Virus record (IMG/VR): IMGVR_UViG_3300001598_000034
Location: 32,001-96,000 of that record
Length of the DNA stretch: 64,000 nt
Origin: a virus
Lineage: Duplodnaviria > Caudoviricetes
Reading direction: 5' to 3' (one strand)
A program made the position numbers and the translations under genes. Each line of letters begins with the position of its first letter. Position 1 is the first letter of the stretch. Of this stretch, positions 26,642-36,484 are shown one piece after another. The notes under the pieces are model-generated. The model did no database searches, was not told the DNA's origin, and saw only the letters and a program-made list of their open reading frames with translations.

Positions 26642-27394
26642 ATGGGAACAGTTATAATAGATAAAAGAAAAAGTAAAAGTTATTCTGGAACTAAACCAGA
26701 ATATACACCTGGAATAAAAAAATCTCCAAGCAATTTAACACCTCGTATAGTAAGTTCATTGTTTATTTTAGCATTACAACATTATTTTATTTCTCATCCA
26801 GAATATAGATGGGATCCAGACGGTAATAAAACAGAAATAGATATTCATGCGGAGTGGGAAGAAGACGATAATTTGGAAAAAGGCCTTCCAATACTAATAG
26901 TACAAAATGGTCCGATATCAATATCACCCGCAGGAATAGGCACTGGATTAGCTTCCTTGGAACCTAGAATAATAAAAAGGGGAAAAGAAACAATGGAAAA
27001 ATCAGCTATATTAGACTCTCAATTACAAGCTACAATTGAGAGTAGTATTAATATAGCCGTAACAGGAATGAGTAGTGATGATGTTAGTGAATTAGCTTTT
27101 ACTATTGGCATGTTTTTATTAACATTAAAGTATGACATTGCATCAGTACTGCAACTACAAAGTATAGGAAATATACAAATATCACCAGCACAAGTATTAA
27201 GTAAAACAGGATGGACAAATAGATATATAGCTCAAATATCTATAGGCTATACTTTTACTTTAGCAAAAATATGGGAACCATTGGATGTTGGGACTCTAAT
27301 AAAAGAAATTATAACTGATGTATCTACAAAAACATCTCGTCCAACAACCCCAACAACCTATACACACAATACATTAAAGCAAGTACGCAATTAA
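26642..27394 (+). CDS. Putative tail terminator/completion protein
   Basis: LPILIV motif; immediately upstream of sheath. Confidence 0.5.
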   Translation: MGTVIIDKRKSKSYSGTKPEYTPGIKKSPSNLTPRIVSSLFILALQHYFISHPEYRWDPDGNKTEIDIHAEWEEDDNLEKGLPILIVQNGPISISPAGIGTGLASLEPRIIKRGKETMEKSAILDSQLQATIESSINIAVTGMSSDDVSELAFTIGMFLLTLKYDIASVLQLQSIGNIQISPAQVLSKTGWTNRYIAQISIGYTFTLAKIWEPLDVGTLIKEIITDVSTKTSRPTTPTTYTHNTLKQVRN

Positions 27395-27413
27395 TGCAAA
27401 AATTTTAAAATAT

Positions 27414-27424
27414 AGGTATAATAT
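27414..27424 (+). promoter_or_regulatory. Class A phage promoter
   Basis: AGGTATAATAT-atatTAGA. Confidence 0.75.
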
Positions 27425-27488
27425 ATATTAGAGAATAGACTTAACTAATACAGATAAACAAATTATTTTAAAGCGAGGTAATCTCAAT

Positions 27489-29864
27489 ATGAGTTTTAGA
27501 CTTCCGTCAGTCATTGTATATCAACAATTACTCTCAACAACCATTTCACCTTCAACACCATTTATGGACTTGTGTGTAGTTGGTCCTGTATATCAATGTC
27601 AGACAAACGCTTCTATGGATGACTACGAAATCCATACAATTGACGAATATATAAAAAACTTTCCTGAGTTAAAAACAGGCGCCGTTATTGACGCAAAAAG
27701 CGTATATCTAAAATTAGCTAACATTAATGTAAAAGTTTGGCCAACAAATACCGCTAAACGTAATAATGTAGTTTTAGATAACTCTGGTCCAACAAGTGTA
27801 ATCTATGATGTACAAGGAGCTGTTACTACAGAGTCTTTAGACACAGCAGCTATTATTGAAGGAGACCAAGTAGATATACGTTTTACAGATACAGACGGAA
27901 AAATAAAAGTTAAAACAGCTAAAATTTATTCCATTACACAGGATGAAGTATCTGGAAAAAAGACGTATATTTTACAGAAAAATTTATTAACAGGATTGTA
28001 CCCAACAACCGCTACAGTATCAGCAACAGTAAAGCGCTCTGTTAGTGGCACAAGAGATGTATATCCAGGAGCCACTGGAACGCTTGAACCAAAAGGATTT
28101 GATCTTATTTATAACATAGATGGATCAGTAAAAGCAATGCGTATTTCAGTAGGAAATTTAGAAGTTCCCGTTGACGAAGAAGCTACAAGCACCACAACGG
28201 TAGTAGATTGTAACGTTGCTGTAACATATCGTGCTTTGCGCACAGATGTTGCAAATGATTTCATTACAATTAACTCTTATTCCGAAGCTTTAGCTCAATT
28301 CGGAAACCCAAATATTGATAACCCAATGTCTGTAGCTGCACAAGTAATAAATAGTGCAGTTGGTGTAGTAAGATATAAAGTATTACCAATAGCAACAGAT
28401 GATTTTAATGGTTATAATCAAGCTTTGGACGTATTATCTAATTCAGATGCGGTATACGCTATTCAACCATTAAGCCATGATAAACAAGTTATTTCAGCTT
28501 ATGTAACACATTGTAAAGCAATGTCCGAAGCAGAAAAGAGCAAATGGCGTATTATTTATGGAAATATGCCTATGCCAGCAACAAAAATTGTAGTAGAACT
28601 TAATAACGGAACTCTTATGACAATGGGTTCTGACACGGAATTAACTTTAGATTATAGCTTTACTACAAATGATACTGCTACAGCTACAGATACCGGATGG
28701 GTAGATGCTGGTTCAAGCAGCTTCACCCGCGAAATAACACTCACAAATAAATTCTTGTCCTTGTATAATGGCACAGAAAGAGTGCCAAAAACAGGTGGTA
28801 CGATTTCATACAGTTATAACGAAGCTACTAAAGTACTAAGTATCATTGCTCCATCTAAATTTGCAGGAAAGGTATGCATGGATAATCCCAATTTTGATTA
28901 TGCAAACGCTACTTGTTATTTGAAAGATTTAGACACTAATGTTGGCGGATTTATATCTAATATAGCGCGCCCAACAGACTACGTAGACTTATATACAGTT
29001 GCATCAAATGGAGAAACTACCTATAAGTATTCTTTACAGATAGCAAAAGTATTAACTGATTCAGCATGCATTTGCTACACTCAAAAATGGTTAAAAAAGA
29101 CTGATGGCTATTATATGATTGATGGTGAGTATCAGCATTTTATTCCTGAATATAAAGATTCTGGTGCAGTAGAAGACTTGACAGCTTGCGCTTATGAAGT
29201 GGTACGAGTACTTGACACACAAGGAATGGCAGAAGCAATTGCAGGCGTAGCAGAATCCTTTAAGACTAAAAGATTTCGTTATGTTCAACCAGATCAGATT
29301 ATAATTACTGTAAACTCTGTAGATTATCTTGTTGGTGGAGAATATCTTTGTGTAGCTTTGGGAGCTATGCGTGCAGCATTACCTCCACATCAAGGATTTA
29401 GTACTATGGGAATTAGTGGTATTAACAGAATCACTCGTTCTAATAAGATGTTCACAGAAGACCAGCTAACATATATGGCATCCAAAGGCGTTTTCTGGGT
29501 AGCACAAGATGCAGTAGATGAATTACCATACGTATTATATCAAACTACAACCGATAATGGACAATTGGAAGTACAAGAAGATAGTATTGTAGCAGTTGCA
29601 GATTATGCATCTAAATTCTACAAAGAAAACCTTAAAAATGTATTAGGTCGTTATAATGTAAATACAATTTCTATGAACTATGTAAAGACAGTTATTAACG
29701 CATGTTCAAATGAAATGACAAGTACAAGTTACGAATACATTGGGCCGATGTTAACTAGTGCTAATTTACTCTCGTTAGTAGCAGATGGTGATAAGATAAA
29801 ACCAACAATTAAAATTGGTGTACCCTACCCTGTAAATGGTGTAGATATTACCTTGCAAGTATAA
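27489..29864 (+). CDS. Tail sheath protein
   Basis: N-terminal FRLPSVIVYQ, CVVGP; C-terminal PYPVNGVDITL; 791 aa. Confidence 0.85.
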   Translation: MSFRLPSVIVYQQLLSTTISPSTPFMDLCVVGPVYQCQTNASMDDYEIHTIDEYIKNFPELKTGAVIDAKSVYLKLANINVKVWPTNTAKRNNVVLDNSGPTSVIYDVQGAVTTESLDTAAIIEGDQVDIRFTDTDGKIKVKTAKIYSITQDEVSGKKTYILQKNLLTGLYPTTATVSATVKRSVSGTRDVYPGATGTLEPKGFDLIYNIDGSVKAMRISVGNLEVPVDEEATSTTTVVDCNVAVTYRALRTDVANDFITINSYSEALAQFGNPNIDNPMSVAAQVINSAVGVVRYKVLPIATDDFNGYNQALDVLSNSDAVYAIQPLSHDKQVISAYVTHCKAMSEAEKSKWRIIYGNMPMPATKIVVELNNGTLMTMGSDTELTLDYSFTTNDTATATDTGWVDAGSSSFTREITLTNKFLSLYNGTERVPKTGGTISYSYNEATKVLSIIAPSKFAGKVCMDNPNFDYANATCYLKDLDTNVGGFISNIARPTDYVDLYTVASNGETTYKYSLQIAKVLTDSACICYTQKWLKKTDGYYMIDGEYQHFIPEYKDSGAVEDLTACAYEVVRVLDTQGMAEAIAGVAESFKTKRFRYVQPDQIIITVNSVDYLVGGEYLCVALGAMRAALPPHQGFSTMGISGINRITRSNKMFTEDQLTYMASKGVFWVAQDAVDELPYVLYQTTTDNGQLEVQEDSIVAVADYASKFYKENLKNVLGRYNVNTISMNYVKTVINACSNEMTSTSYEYIGPMLTSANLLSLVADGDKIKPTIKIGVPYPVNGVDITLQV

Positions 29865-29884
29865 TATAGGAGATATTAATTAAT

Positions 29885-30556
29885 ATGGCATATGATATTT
29901 CAGATACAAAAAAAGCCATGGGCGAGCTTCTTGTTGAAACTGATTTAAACGAGGCCATTTCTGCAGAAGGAGCGCCTCACTATAATTGGGTCGAACAATT
30001 AAGACTTGCTACAGATTTGATAACTCCAGACAACTCCTTAATTTGCGTCGCTGACCATTGGCTCAGCGACCAAGTTACAAAAGTTACTCCAATAGGTCTT
30101 ACACAATCTTTTGGCTTTACAGAATCTTTACCCGTTCAATTAGCTCCAGAAATAGGCAGCCGCAGGAAAAGGGCTATGGTTGGGTCTTCTCAGGGCGGAA
30201 GTATTCAAATCTCAAAAATGGTTGTACAAGGCAATAGTCCCTTAGCCGTATTGTCTAAATATGGGAAAACATTTGGCATCAATTCTAACTATTGGACAGA
30301 AAAAGAATGGGGAGCAGCAATAGGTTTAAACCTAGATAAATTACGCACACCACAAGGTATAATTGTTATAGAAGGAGATCCTGTTGGGCGTAAATACTTA
30401 GCAATGATGTTTGAACAATGCCTGTGTCAAGGAACATCTAGAGCATATCAAGCAGGATCCTTCTTAGTAGTTGACAACTTCAATTTAGTATATGAGCAAG
30501 TAGTTCCTCTTTGGGAAAATGAAGAGGCTAAAGACGGTCATATTACATCATATTAA
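29885..30556 (+). CDS. Putative tail tube protein (paralog 1)
   Basis: Follows sheath; PIGLTQSF...PEIGS. Confidence 0.65.
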   Translation: MAYDISDTKKAMGELLVETDLNEAISAEGAPHYNWVEQLRLATDLITPDNSLICVADHWLSDQVTKVTPIGLTQSFGFTESLPVQLAPEIGSRRKRAMVGSSQGGSIQISKMVVQGNSPLAVLSKYGKTFGINSNYWTEKEWGAAIGLNLDKLRTPQGIIVIEGDPVGRKYLAMMFEQCLCQGTSRAYQAGSFLVVDNFNLVYEQVVPLWENEEAKDGHITSY

Positions 30557-30578
30557 TAAAGGTAGGAGGAATATATAA

Positions 30579-31346
30579 ATGGCACAACCAACAGGGCGAA
30601 TTTTAACGCCAGAACAAATAGCAAATACCGACTACCGCAACCAATATGTAGAGCATATTACAGATGCAACAGACTTTGCTACAGCTGACTCATCTCTTGT
30701 ACTGTCAACGGTACCCTTTCTCCCTATAGGAGATTCTTTTGATGACGTCCCTTTATATCCAGTAGGAGTATGCCAAAACTTTCAGTACAATGAAGGTTTG
30801 CAAGGACAGTTTTTACCAGAAATTGGCTCAAGTAGGAAAATAGGTGCGTCTGGAACGGCAATGGGATCAGGTAGCATCCAAAAATTAGCAATACACGGAA
30901 ATTCATTAGTAGCAGCCTTATATAGGCCAGCTCTTTTATGGATAAAGAATTCACCGAGTTTATCTAGTGTATTGGATAAAATTTCGGGAGAAGATGCAAA
31001 ATGGATTTCTGGCCTCAAAACACAAGATATCAATATCTTTGATATAGAATTAGATCAATACTTTCAAAAAGTAATAGCAACTGGTGGACTTAATTCTCCC
31101 TTGTTTAAAATACCTTTCGGATTAGTAGAAGTTAGGCGTGATCCAAGACAGCGGGTAACTATGATAACCTACTTAGAACAATGTTCTATTAGAGGTGATC
31201 AATCAGGACTTAGTGCAGGTCAATTCCAAATTGCGGAATCATTAAGCTTTGATTATGAGCGCCGTAGACCAATGAAATGTCTGGGACCATTTGCTTTAAG
31301 TAGCGATGATTTAATTGGTATTACCGAAAATTCAGCTAAAAAATAA
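30579..31346 (+). CDS. Putative tail tube-like protein (paralog 2)
   Basis: PVGVCQNF...PEIGS...YLEQC. Confidence 0.6.
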   Translation: MAQPTGRILTPEQIANTDYRNQYVEHITDATDFATADSSLVLSTVPFLPIGDSFDDVPLYPVGVCQNFQYNEGLQGQFLPEIGSSRKIGASGTAMGSGSIQKLAIHGNSLVAALYRPALLWIKNSPSLSSVLDKISGEDAKWISGLKTQDINIFDIELDQYFQKVIATGGLNSPLFKIPFGLVEVRRDPRQRVTMITYLEQCSIRGDQSGLSAGQFQIAESLSFDYERRRPMKCLGPFALSSDDLIGITENSAKK

Positions 31347-31355
31347 TAAACGTAT

Positions 31356-31392
31356 AAAATAGAAGGCTACTTGTTTAGCCTTCTATTTTTTT
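31356..31392 (+). terminator. Intrinsic terminator
   Basis: aaaatagaaggcta-cttgtt-tagccttctatttt. Confidence 0.8.
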
Positions 31393-31403
31393 ATAGTAAA
31401 TAT

Positions 31404-31414
31404 AGGTATAATAT
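31404..31414 (+). promoter_or_regulatory. Class A phage promoter
   Basis: AGGTATAATAT. Confidence 0.7.
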
Positions 31415-31445
31415 TATATATAAGAACTTATGAGGTATATTATAT

Positions 31446-32375
31446 ATGTCAGAACCTATATCATTAGGGCAAACAAATATTCAAGCTAATGAGATAACGC
31501 TAAGAAAATCTACAATTAAATATGATAGTTTACCCGCATCAAATGCAAATAACAGCATTTCGTTACCAGAATCTTCTGATACTACAGGAGTGACAAAAAA
31601 TGGTAATAAACAAAACGCAGGACAAGTAGTATCTGGAATAGTAGAAAGCGCTAATTCATTAGTTGGAGCATATGGCAATCTAACAAGTACTGTAAAGAAT
31701 TTAACAGGATTATCCCTTCCAGATGTTAACTCCGTCCCAATCATAGGAAATGTTTTATCAGGACTAAATGCTATTACGGATATAGGCTCCACATTATCAT
31801 CAGGTCAATATGGAGCAAGAGTTCAGGCAGATAGCACGAATCCTCAACCAGGGGCATTTAAATGGGTCGAACGAGAAACAGAACCAGGAGACTTCATAAG
31901 CTATGACTCCGTACTTTTATTTGTAGGCGAACCAATTTATGCTGATAATCCAAAAGGTTCAGTTTTTACCCCTTTAGGATTATGTGAACAATTTACTATA
32001 GCAACATCCGTACAAGTAACAACACTTCAAGAGCTTAGATGTGAAGAACAAATAGTTTTACCAGGAAAAACGCAACCAGTTAATATTACTATTTCTAGAT
32101 TTTGTGGAAAATGGGCTAATTTATTAAATAGGCTACATGGAATAAAAGACGATTTAAGCTGGAATATGAGTAATCAGTATGATGGAATGAGAAAATTATT
32201 TGGTCTTTATTGTATAGTAATGGACACAAGCCGTAGAAATATAGTACATTCCTTTTATGTAGAAAGGTGTGCTATAGAACAAATATCATTTGGAATAACA
32301 GCTGGTCAAATACAAGTAATAGAATCTTGTGGAATAAAAGCAGGAAGAATAATAGACCCAAACTATCAAAAATAA
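31446..32375 (+). CDS. Putative tail tube initiator-like protein (paralog 3)
   Basis: PLGLCEQF...YVERC...AGQIQV, with Ser/Gly/Asn-rich N-terminus. Confidence 0.55.
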   Translation: MSEPISLGQTNIQANEITLRKSTIKYDSLPASNANNSISLPESSDTTGVTKNGNKQNAGQVVSGIVESANSLVGAYGNLTSTVKNLTGLSLPDVNSVPIIGNVLSGLNAITDIGSTLSSGQYGARVQADSTNPQPGAFKWVERETEPGDFISYDSVLLFVGEPIYADNPKGSVFTPLGLCEQFTIATSVQVTTLQELRCEEQIVLPGKTQPVNITISRFCGKWANLLNRLHGIKDDLSWNMSNQYDGMRKLFGLYCIVMDTSRRNIVHSFYVERCAIEQISFGITAGQIQVIESCGIKAGRIIDPNYQK

Positions 32376-32399
32376 TATAAGAAAGAATACAGGTATAAT

Positions 32400-33176
32400 A
32401 TGACACCAACAGGAGAAGTCAAAACTGGTATAGTAACTAAATACGATGAAACTACGATGACAGCAGTAATTCAAGACAGTGAAGGAATTATGCATAATGT
32501 AGTTTGTCTCTTCGATAGATATGATCCTAAAACCGGAGCCTATTCTTTTAGAGCACCATCAGAAGAATCCCCATGTTTATATACCACTATTGGGGAAACA
32601 ACTTATCTATTAGGGTTATTTCCTCCATTAAACATGACACCAGAAGGTATCCATCCTAAAAATTCTAGCTGTAATAATACAGAAAATCGTACCCCACAAG
32701 GGATGCTAGAAAGCATAGTAAAACCAGGTAATGTTATAGATACAAATTCTAATGGATCAAAAGAGAATTTTACTGATTCTGAGAAGAATATTATTTTAGC
32801 ATCAGGAAAGTTAGAGTCTTTATGGAATCTAATTAATTTTGTGTGGAAAAATACTTGTCAAATGTTCAAGTTATATTCCGGACCGATGGACGTTACAGCA
32901 GAAGTAACAGATAAAGAAGAGTGTAATACAACAATAAAATGGCGTAAAACATTAGAAGAACGTAAAGACGGCGTAAAGCATACTCTGTTAGATCTACGTA
33001 TTGGGAAAGACGCTGGAGTAGTTGAATTACAGGTAAATGGATCTACCTTATTACATATTTATGAAAATAAAGATATTCTATTAATAGCTAATGATATAAA
33101 AATAAATGCTAAAAAAATAGAATATAATGCAGATGAAGTAAACATGTTAAATGTTGGCGTCGTTCGATTACCTTAA
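32400..33176 (+). CDS. Putative baseplate spike/hub protein
   Basis: N-terminal OB-like GIVTKYD...TAVI and C-terminal beta-helix-like repeats. Confidence 0.55.
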   Translation: MTPTGEVKTGIVTKYDETTMTAVIQDSEGIMHNVVCLFDRYDPKTGAYSFRAPSEESPCLYTTIGETTYLLGLFPPLNMTPEGIHPKNSSCNNTENRTPQGMLESIVKPGNVIDTNSNGSKENFTDSEKNIILASGKLESLWNLINFVWKNTCQMFKLYSGPMDVTAEVTDKEECNTTIKWRKTLEERKDGVKHTLLDLRIGKDAGVVELQVNGSTLLHIYENKDILLIANDIKINAKKIEYNADEVNMLNVGVVRLP

Positions 33177-33185
33177 GGAGCATAT

Positions 33186-33680
33186 ATGGCAACCAAAACA
33201 ATTAAAATAAAAAAATCGGAAGTAGATCAAAAAACGTTAAACATTTCCGAAACATTACAAAATTTATCTAACTCCATTATTACTCCAAATGATGTTCGTT
33301 TAGCCCTCATGGATTACCCAGAAATGAATAAGCCCTTATATATAGAACATTTGGATGACGAAAAATTATGGAAATGTATAGATTGGGGTGTTGGTACTTT
33401 TAATAGCCAACCTCCCAATATAGGAAAATATACAGCAGAAAATTTCCCTGATAAGCAACTATTACTACTCTTAGCGGTAGTGGAAGCATTAAAGCTAACA
33501 GCATTAATGGAATTACGTGGAGAGATGCAATATAGTGACGGAGGAGTACAGTCGTCCATTTACTATAAAAGCCCTCAATTTACAGCATTAAGACAAGAAT
33601 TACAACAGCAAGCATCCCAAAATATAACAGCGATAAAACGATCTATGAATATTAATAGCTGTTATGGACACCTCTGTTGA
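33186..33680 (+). CDS. Putative head-tail adaptor protein
   Basis: Helical 164 aa, VRLALMDYP...YSDGGV. Confidence 0.45.
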   Translation: MATKTIKIKKSEVDQKTLNISETLQNLSNSIITPNDVRLALMDYPEMNKPLYIEHLDDEKLWKCIDWGVGTFNSQPPNIGKYTAENFPDKQLLLLLAVVEALKLTALMELRGEMQYSDGGVQSSIYYKSPQFTALRQELQQQASQNITAIKRSMNINSCYGHLC

Positions 33681-33739
33681 GACCTCAAGAGACACCTCTG
33701 TTGAACTATCTATTAATAGCAAGGAATAAATATATACTA

Positions 33740-35020
33740 ATGATTAATATAGAATATCTAGAAAAAATTGCATATGAAAAATACGCGGCAAATGTACTAA
33801 CGAGTATTATTAAAAATGTCGGAAAACCAATAGCAGGAGCATTAGCAAGGGTTCCTGTTGCAATGTCCAATAGCGCCGCAGCAGGGTATCTTCAAGAAGG
33901 TGCTAGGTTTGGAGCGGGGCTACAATTAGCTGGACTTGGTATGCAAGGTAAACTCATGCCATCAATAAAAAATAGGGTGTCAAAGTTACTTTCTAGCATT
34001 GGAATAGTTAAGAAGCCCGGATTAGGTGATATTAAAAATACTTCAATAAGCATACCGGCACAATCTAGTAGAAAATTGCCCCAAAATAAGCCAAGGATTT
34101 ATTCTCCACAAACGTACAAAAAATTTACTTCGCCTGCCTTCTATCAAGTTTCTTCTAATAAAACCACAAAACCAGTTGTTCAAAGAATAGGGGAAAAATT
34201 AGAAAATGTAGGTGGAAATATAACACATACCATGCTAAATGAGGAAAACTTATTTAATAGAGATGCTGCAGAAATAGCAAGAAATGCTGTAAATACTATC
34301 GGTAATAATCTATCTCCAAAAAAGTACAAAATAATAAAGTCAAATGGACTAGTATCTGATAGCTTAACTGGCTCGGAATTAAAATTTACAGGGAAAAAAA
34401 CTAATTATGCAGACCAATATAGAAGAGGACTCCTAGACGATATTAGAGAAGCCGGTTATAGGGCTAATGAAAAACCAGTGCAAATAGCTCGAAATAATGT
34501 AACTAATACAGACCCATTCTTTAGAAAACAGCATCAAGAAGCGCTTAAAGAGCGCCTAAAAGATCTTCAATTTGGTAGAAGGCATGGACTTGCAGTACCA
34601 GTTGGCATTACTGATGGAGACATGGTAGCTTATTATAAATCAATAAAAAGACATGGTTTAGCATCTAGAATATTTGATACAAACTACAATGGTAATAAAC
34701 TTTTTAGTAGTGAAAAAACTAAGAATATACAGAATCAACGTCAAGGAACTTTTAGTAATATTATAAATACTGCTAAAATCAAGGTAGAAGACTTTTTCCA
34801 TGGGAGTAGGGGAAATAGAAATTTTGAATATGCCCTGTATACGCATGACCCAAAAGTATTTTTAAGAGAAAGACACCAAAATAACATTAAACCTCAAATC
34901 AATACTACTTCTCAATGGAAAATGATGCGTCAACCACTAGAACCTAATACTCCCAAAATTCCACGCCAGCAAATAAAGATAAACCCTAATAGAGGAGAGA
35001 TGATGTCGAACACCAATTGA
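33740..35020 (+). CDS. Putative virion-packaged basic protein with MINIEYLEKIA leader
   Basis: Start placed at 33740 rather than 33677 from the shared leader. Confidence 0.6.
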   Translation: MINIEYLEKIAYEKYAANVLTSIIKNVGKPIAGALARVPVAMSNSAAAGYLQEGARFGAGLQLAGLGMQGKLMPSIKNRVSKLLSSIGIVKKPGLGDIKNTSISIPAQSSRKLPQNKPRIYSPQTYKKFTSPAFYQVSSNKTTKPVVQRIGEKLENVGGNITHTMLNEENLFNRDAAEIARNAVNTIGNNLSPKKYKIIKSNGLVSDSLTGSELKFTGKKTNYADQYRRGLLDDIREAGYRANEKPVQIARNNVTNTDPFFRKQHQEALKERLKDLQFGRRHGLAVPVGITDGDMVAYYKSIKRHGLASRIFDTNYNGNKLFSSEKTKNIQNQRQGTFSNIINTAKIKVEDFFHGSRGNRNFEYALYTHDPKVFLRERHQNNIKPQINTTSQWKMMRQPLEPNTPKIPRQQIKINPNRGEMMSNTN

Positions 35021-35042
35021 TATTCACATTATTACTAATATA

Positions 35043-35366
35043 ATGATTAATATAGAATATTTAGAAAAAGTCGCTATGACTTCTGAAAAAGAATTAAAGA
35101 AAAAGCGTTTTATGGGATTACCATACAATAATTATATAACAGCTGGAGCTTTAGGTGGCATAAGCACTTATAAAACTAATAAAGCATTACGCTTTATACC
35201 AGGTAAATACAGATATCCTTTGGCAGGAATATCTGGGTCTCTTGGGGCCGCAACAGGTTTTGATTTACAAGAAGCATGGGATCATACAATTAATAACAAG
35301 TTAAATAACATAAAAATATTGGCTGCAGATACAGGTGAGTATTTACTTAATAAGGCAACAAAATGA
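35043..35366 (+). CDS. Putative virion-packaged protein with MINIEYLEKVA leader
   Basis: Shared leader; two Gly-rich hydrophobic stretches. Confidence 0.6.
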   Translation: MINIEYLEKVAMTSEKELKKKRFMGLPYNNYITAGALGGISTYKTNKALRFIPGKYRYPLAGISGSLGAATGFDLQEAWDHTINNKLNNIKILAADTGEYLLNKATK

Positions 35367-36070
35367 ACAATAGTCAACAAGATCTACAACTTTGGCAAGA
35401 TTATAAACAAGGTAAACAAGGTGCAAAGTGGAAATTACTAGATAATTTTAGAGGAATAATTACCCAGACTGCTCGTCAGCAGTCTAATGTTCGCCCTTAT
35501 TCAGTAGTCGAGGCAGAACTCAAAGAGCTCGCTCTCAAAGCTTTTGACTCCTATGATCCTAATAGAGGTGTAAAGTTATTAACACACCTTACTAATAATT
35601 TTAAGAAGTTAAGTAGAGAAAATATAAATAATCAACATGCTATCAGAGTACCAGAAAATGTACACTTTCAATTTAAACCATTAGTAGAAGCTAATGCTTT
35701 TCTCTCTGATAGTTTAGGTCGAGAACCTACCCATCAAGAAATAGCAGATTACACTGGTTGGTCATTGCCTAAAGTAGTAGATGCATCTTCCCGTTTACGT
35801 AAAGAATTAGTAGAATCTAAACAGACATTTGACCCTAAAGTATATGGATTAGATGCTGAAAGACAAGGTATGTATTACGCTTACCAGTCATTAGATCCAG
35901 TTGGAAGATTTATCATGGAACACTCTATGGGTTATAATGGAGGCAAAGAAATGCCAGAATCACTAATTCAAAAGAAACTAAAACTTACTGGTTATGGATA
36001 TAATCAAGCTAAAAACAATGTAGTCAATACAGTGCAAAGAGCAATAGGAATTGCTAATAATGAGGAATAA
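35363..36070 (+). CDS. Sigma70-family RNA polymerase sigma factor
   Basis: ALKAFDSYDPNRGVKLLTH (region 2), AIRVP, LGREPTHQEIADYTG (region 3). Confidence 0.85.
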   Translation: MNNSQQDLQLWQDYKQGKQGAKWKLLDNFRGIITQTARQQSNVRPYSVVEAELKELALKAFDSYDPNRGVKLLTHLTNNFKKLSRENINNQHAIRVPENVHFQFKPLVEANAFLSDSLGREPTHQEIADYTGWSLPKVVDASSRLRKELVESKQTFDPKVYGLDAERQGMYYAYQSLDPVGRFIMEHSMGYNGGKEMPESLIQKKLKLTGYGYNQAKNNVVNTVQRAIGIANNEE

Positions 36071-36484
36071 ATGATTAATTTAGAATATTTAGAAAAAGTA
36101 GCAGAAGAAAATTTCGTTAGTCGTACTATAGACGATTTAGGTAATATTACAACAAAAGAAGAACTTTCTAACTGGAAAGGTGGAATACGCAATATTTGCG
36201 AAAACCGTCTTGTAAGTGTAGTTCCAGGAGTAGCCGCGGCATTAATAGCAAGAAAAGCAGGGGCTACGCGCGATAAAGCCCTTCTTATCGGTACTGCAGC
36301 TGGTGCCCCAGGAGCAATATATAAAAGATGGCAAGATGTTAATACTGTTTTCCCAGAAGCATCAACAAAAAGAAAACTTGTTTATGGTTTTTTACCATTA
36401 GGTACTACAGGTAATAATATGCGAGGTATTAGTATACCCTATATAGCCGGGGCTAAAAAATACAAACAATATAGAGAAGAGTAA
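36071..36484 (+). CDS. Putative virion-packaged protein with MINLEYLEKVA leader
   Basis: Shared leader; hydrophobic Gly/Ala segments. Confidence 0.6.
   Translation: MINLEYLEKVAEENFVSRTIDDLGNITTKEELSNWKGGIRNICENRLVSVVPGVAAALIARKAGATRDKALLIGTAAGAPGAIYKRWQDVNTVFPEASTKRKLVYGFLPLGTTGNNMRGISIPYIAGAKKYKQYREE

Noticed and set aside
32391-32401. AGGTATAATAT as a class A promoter
   Set aside because: Overlaps the ATG at 32400, so it may only be the RBS/start context; left uncalled
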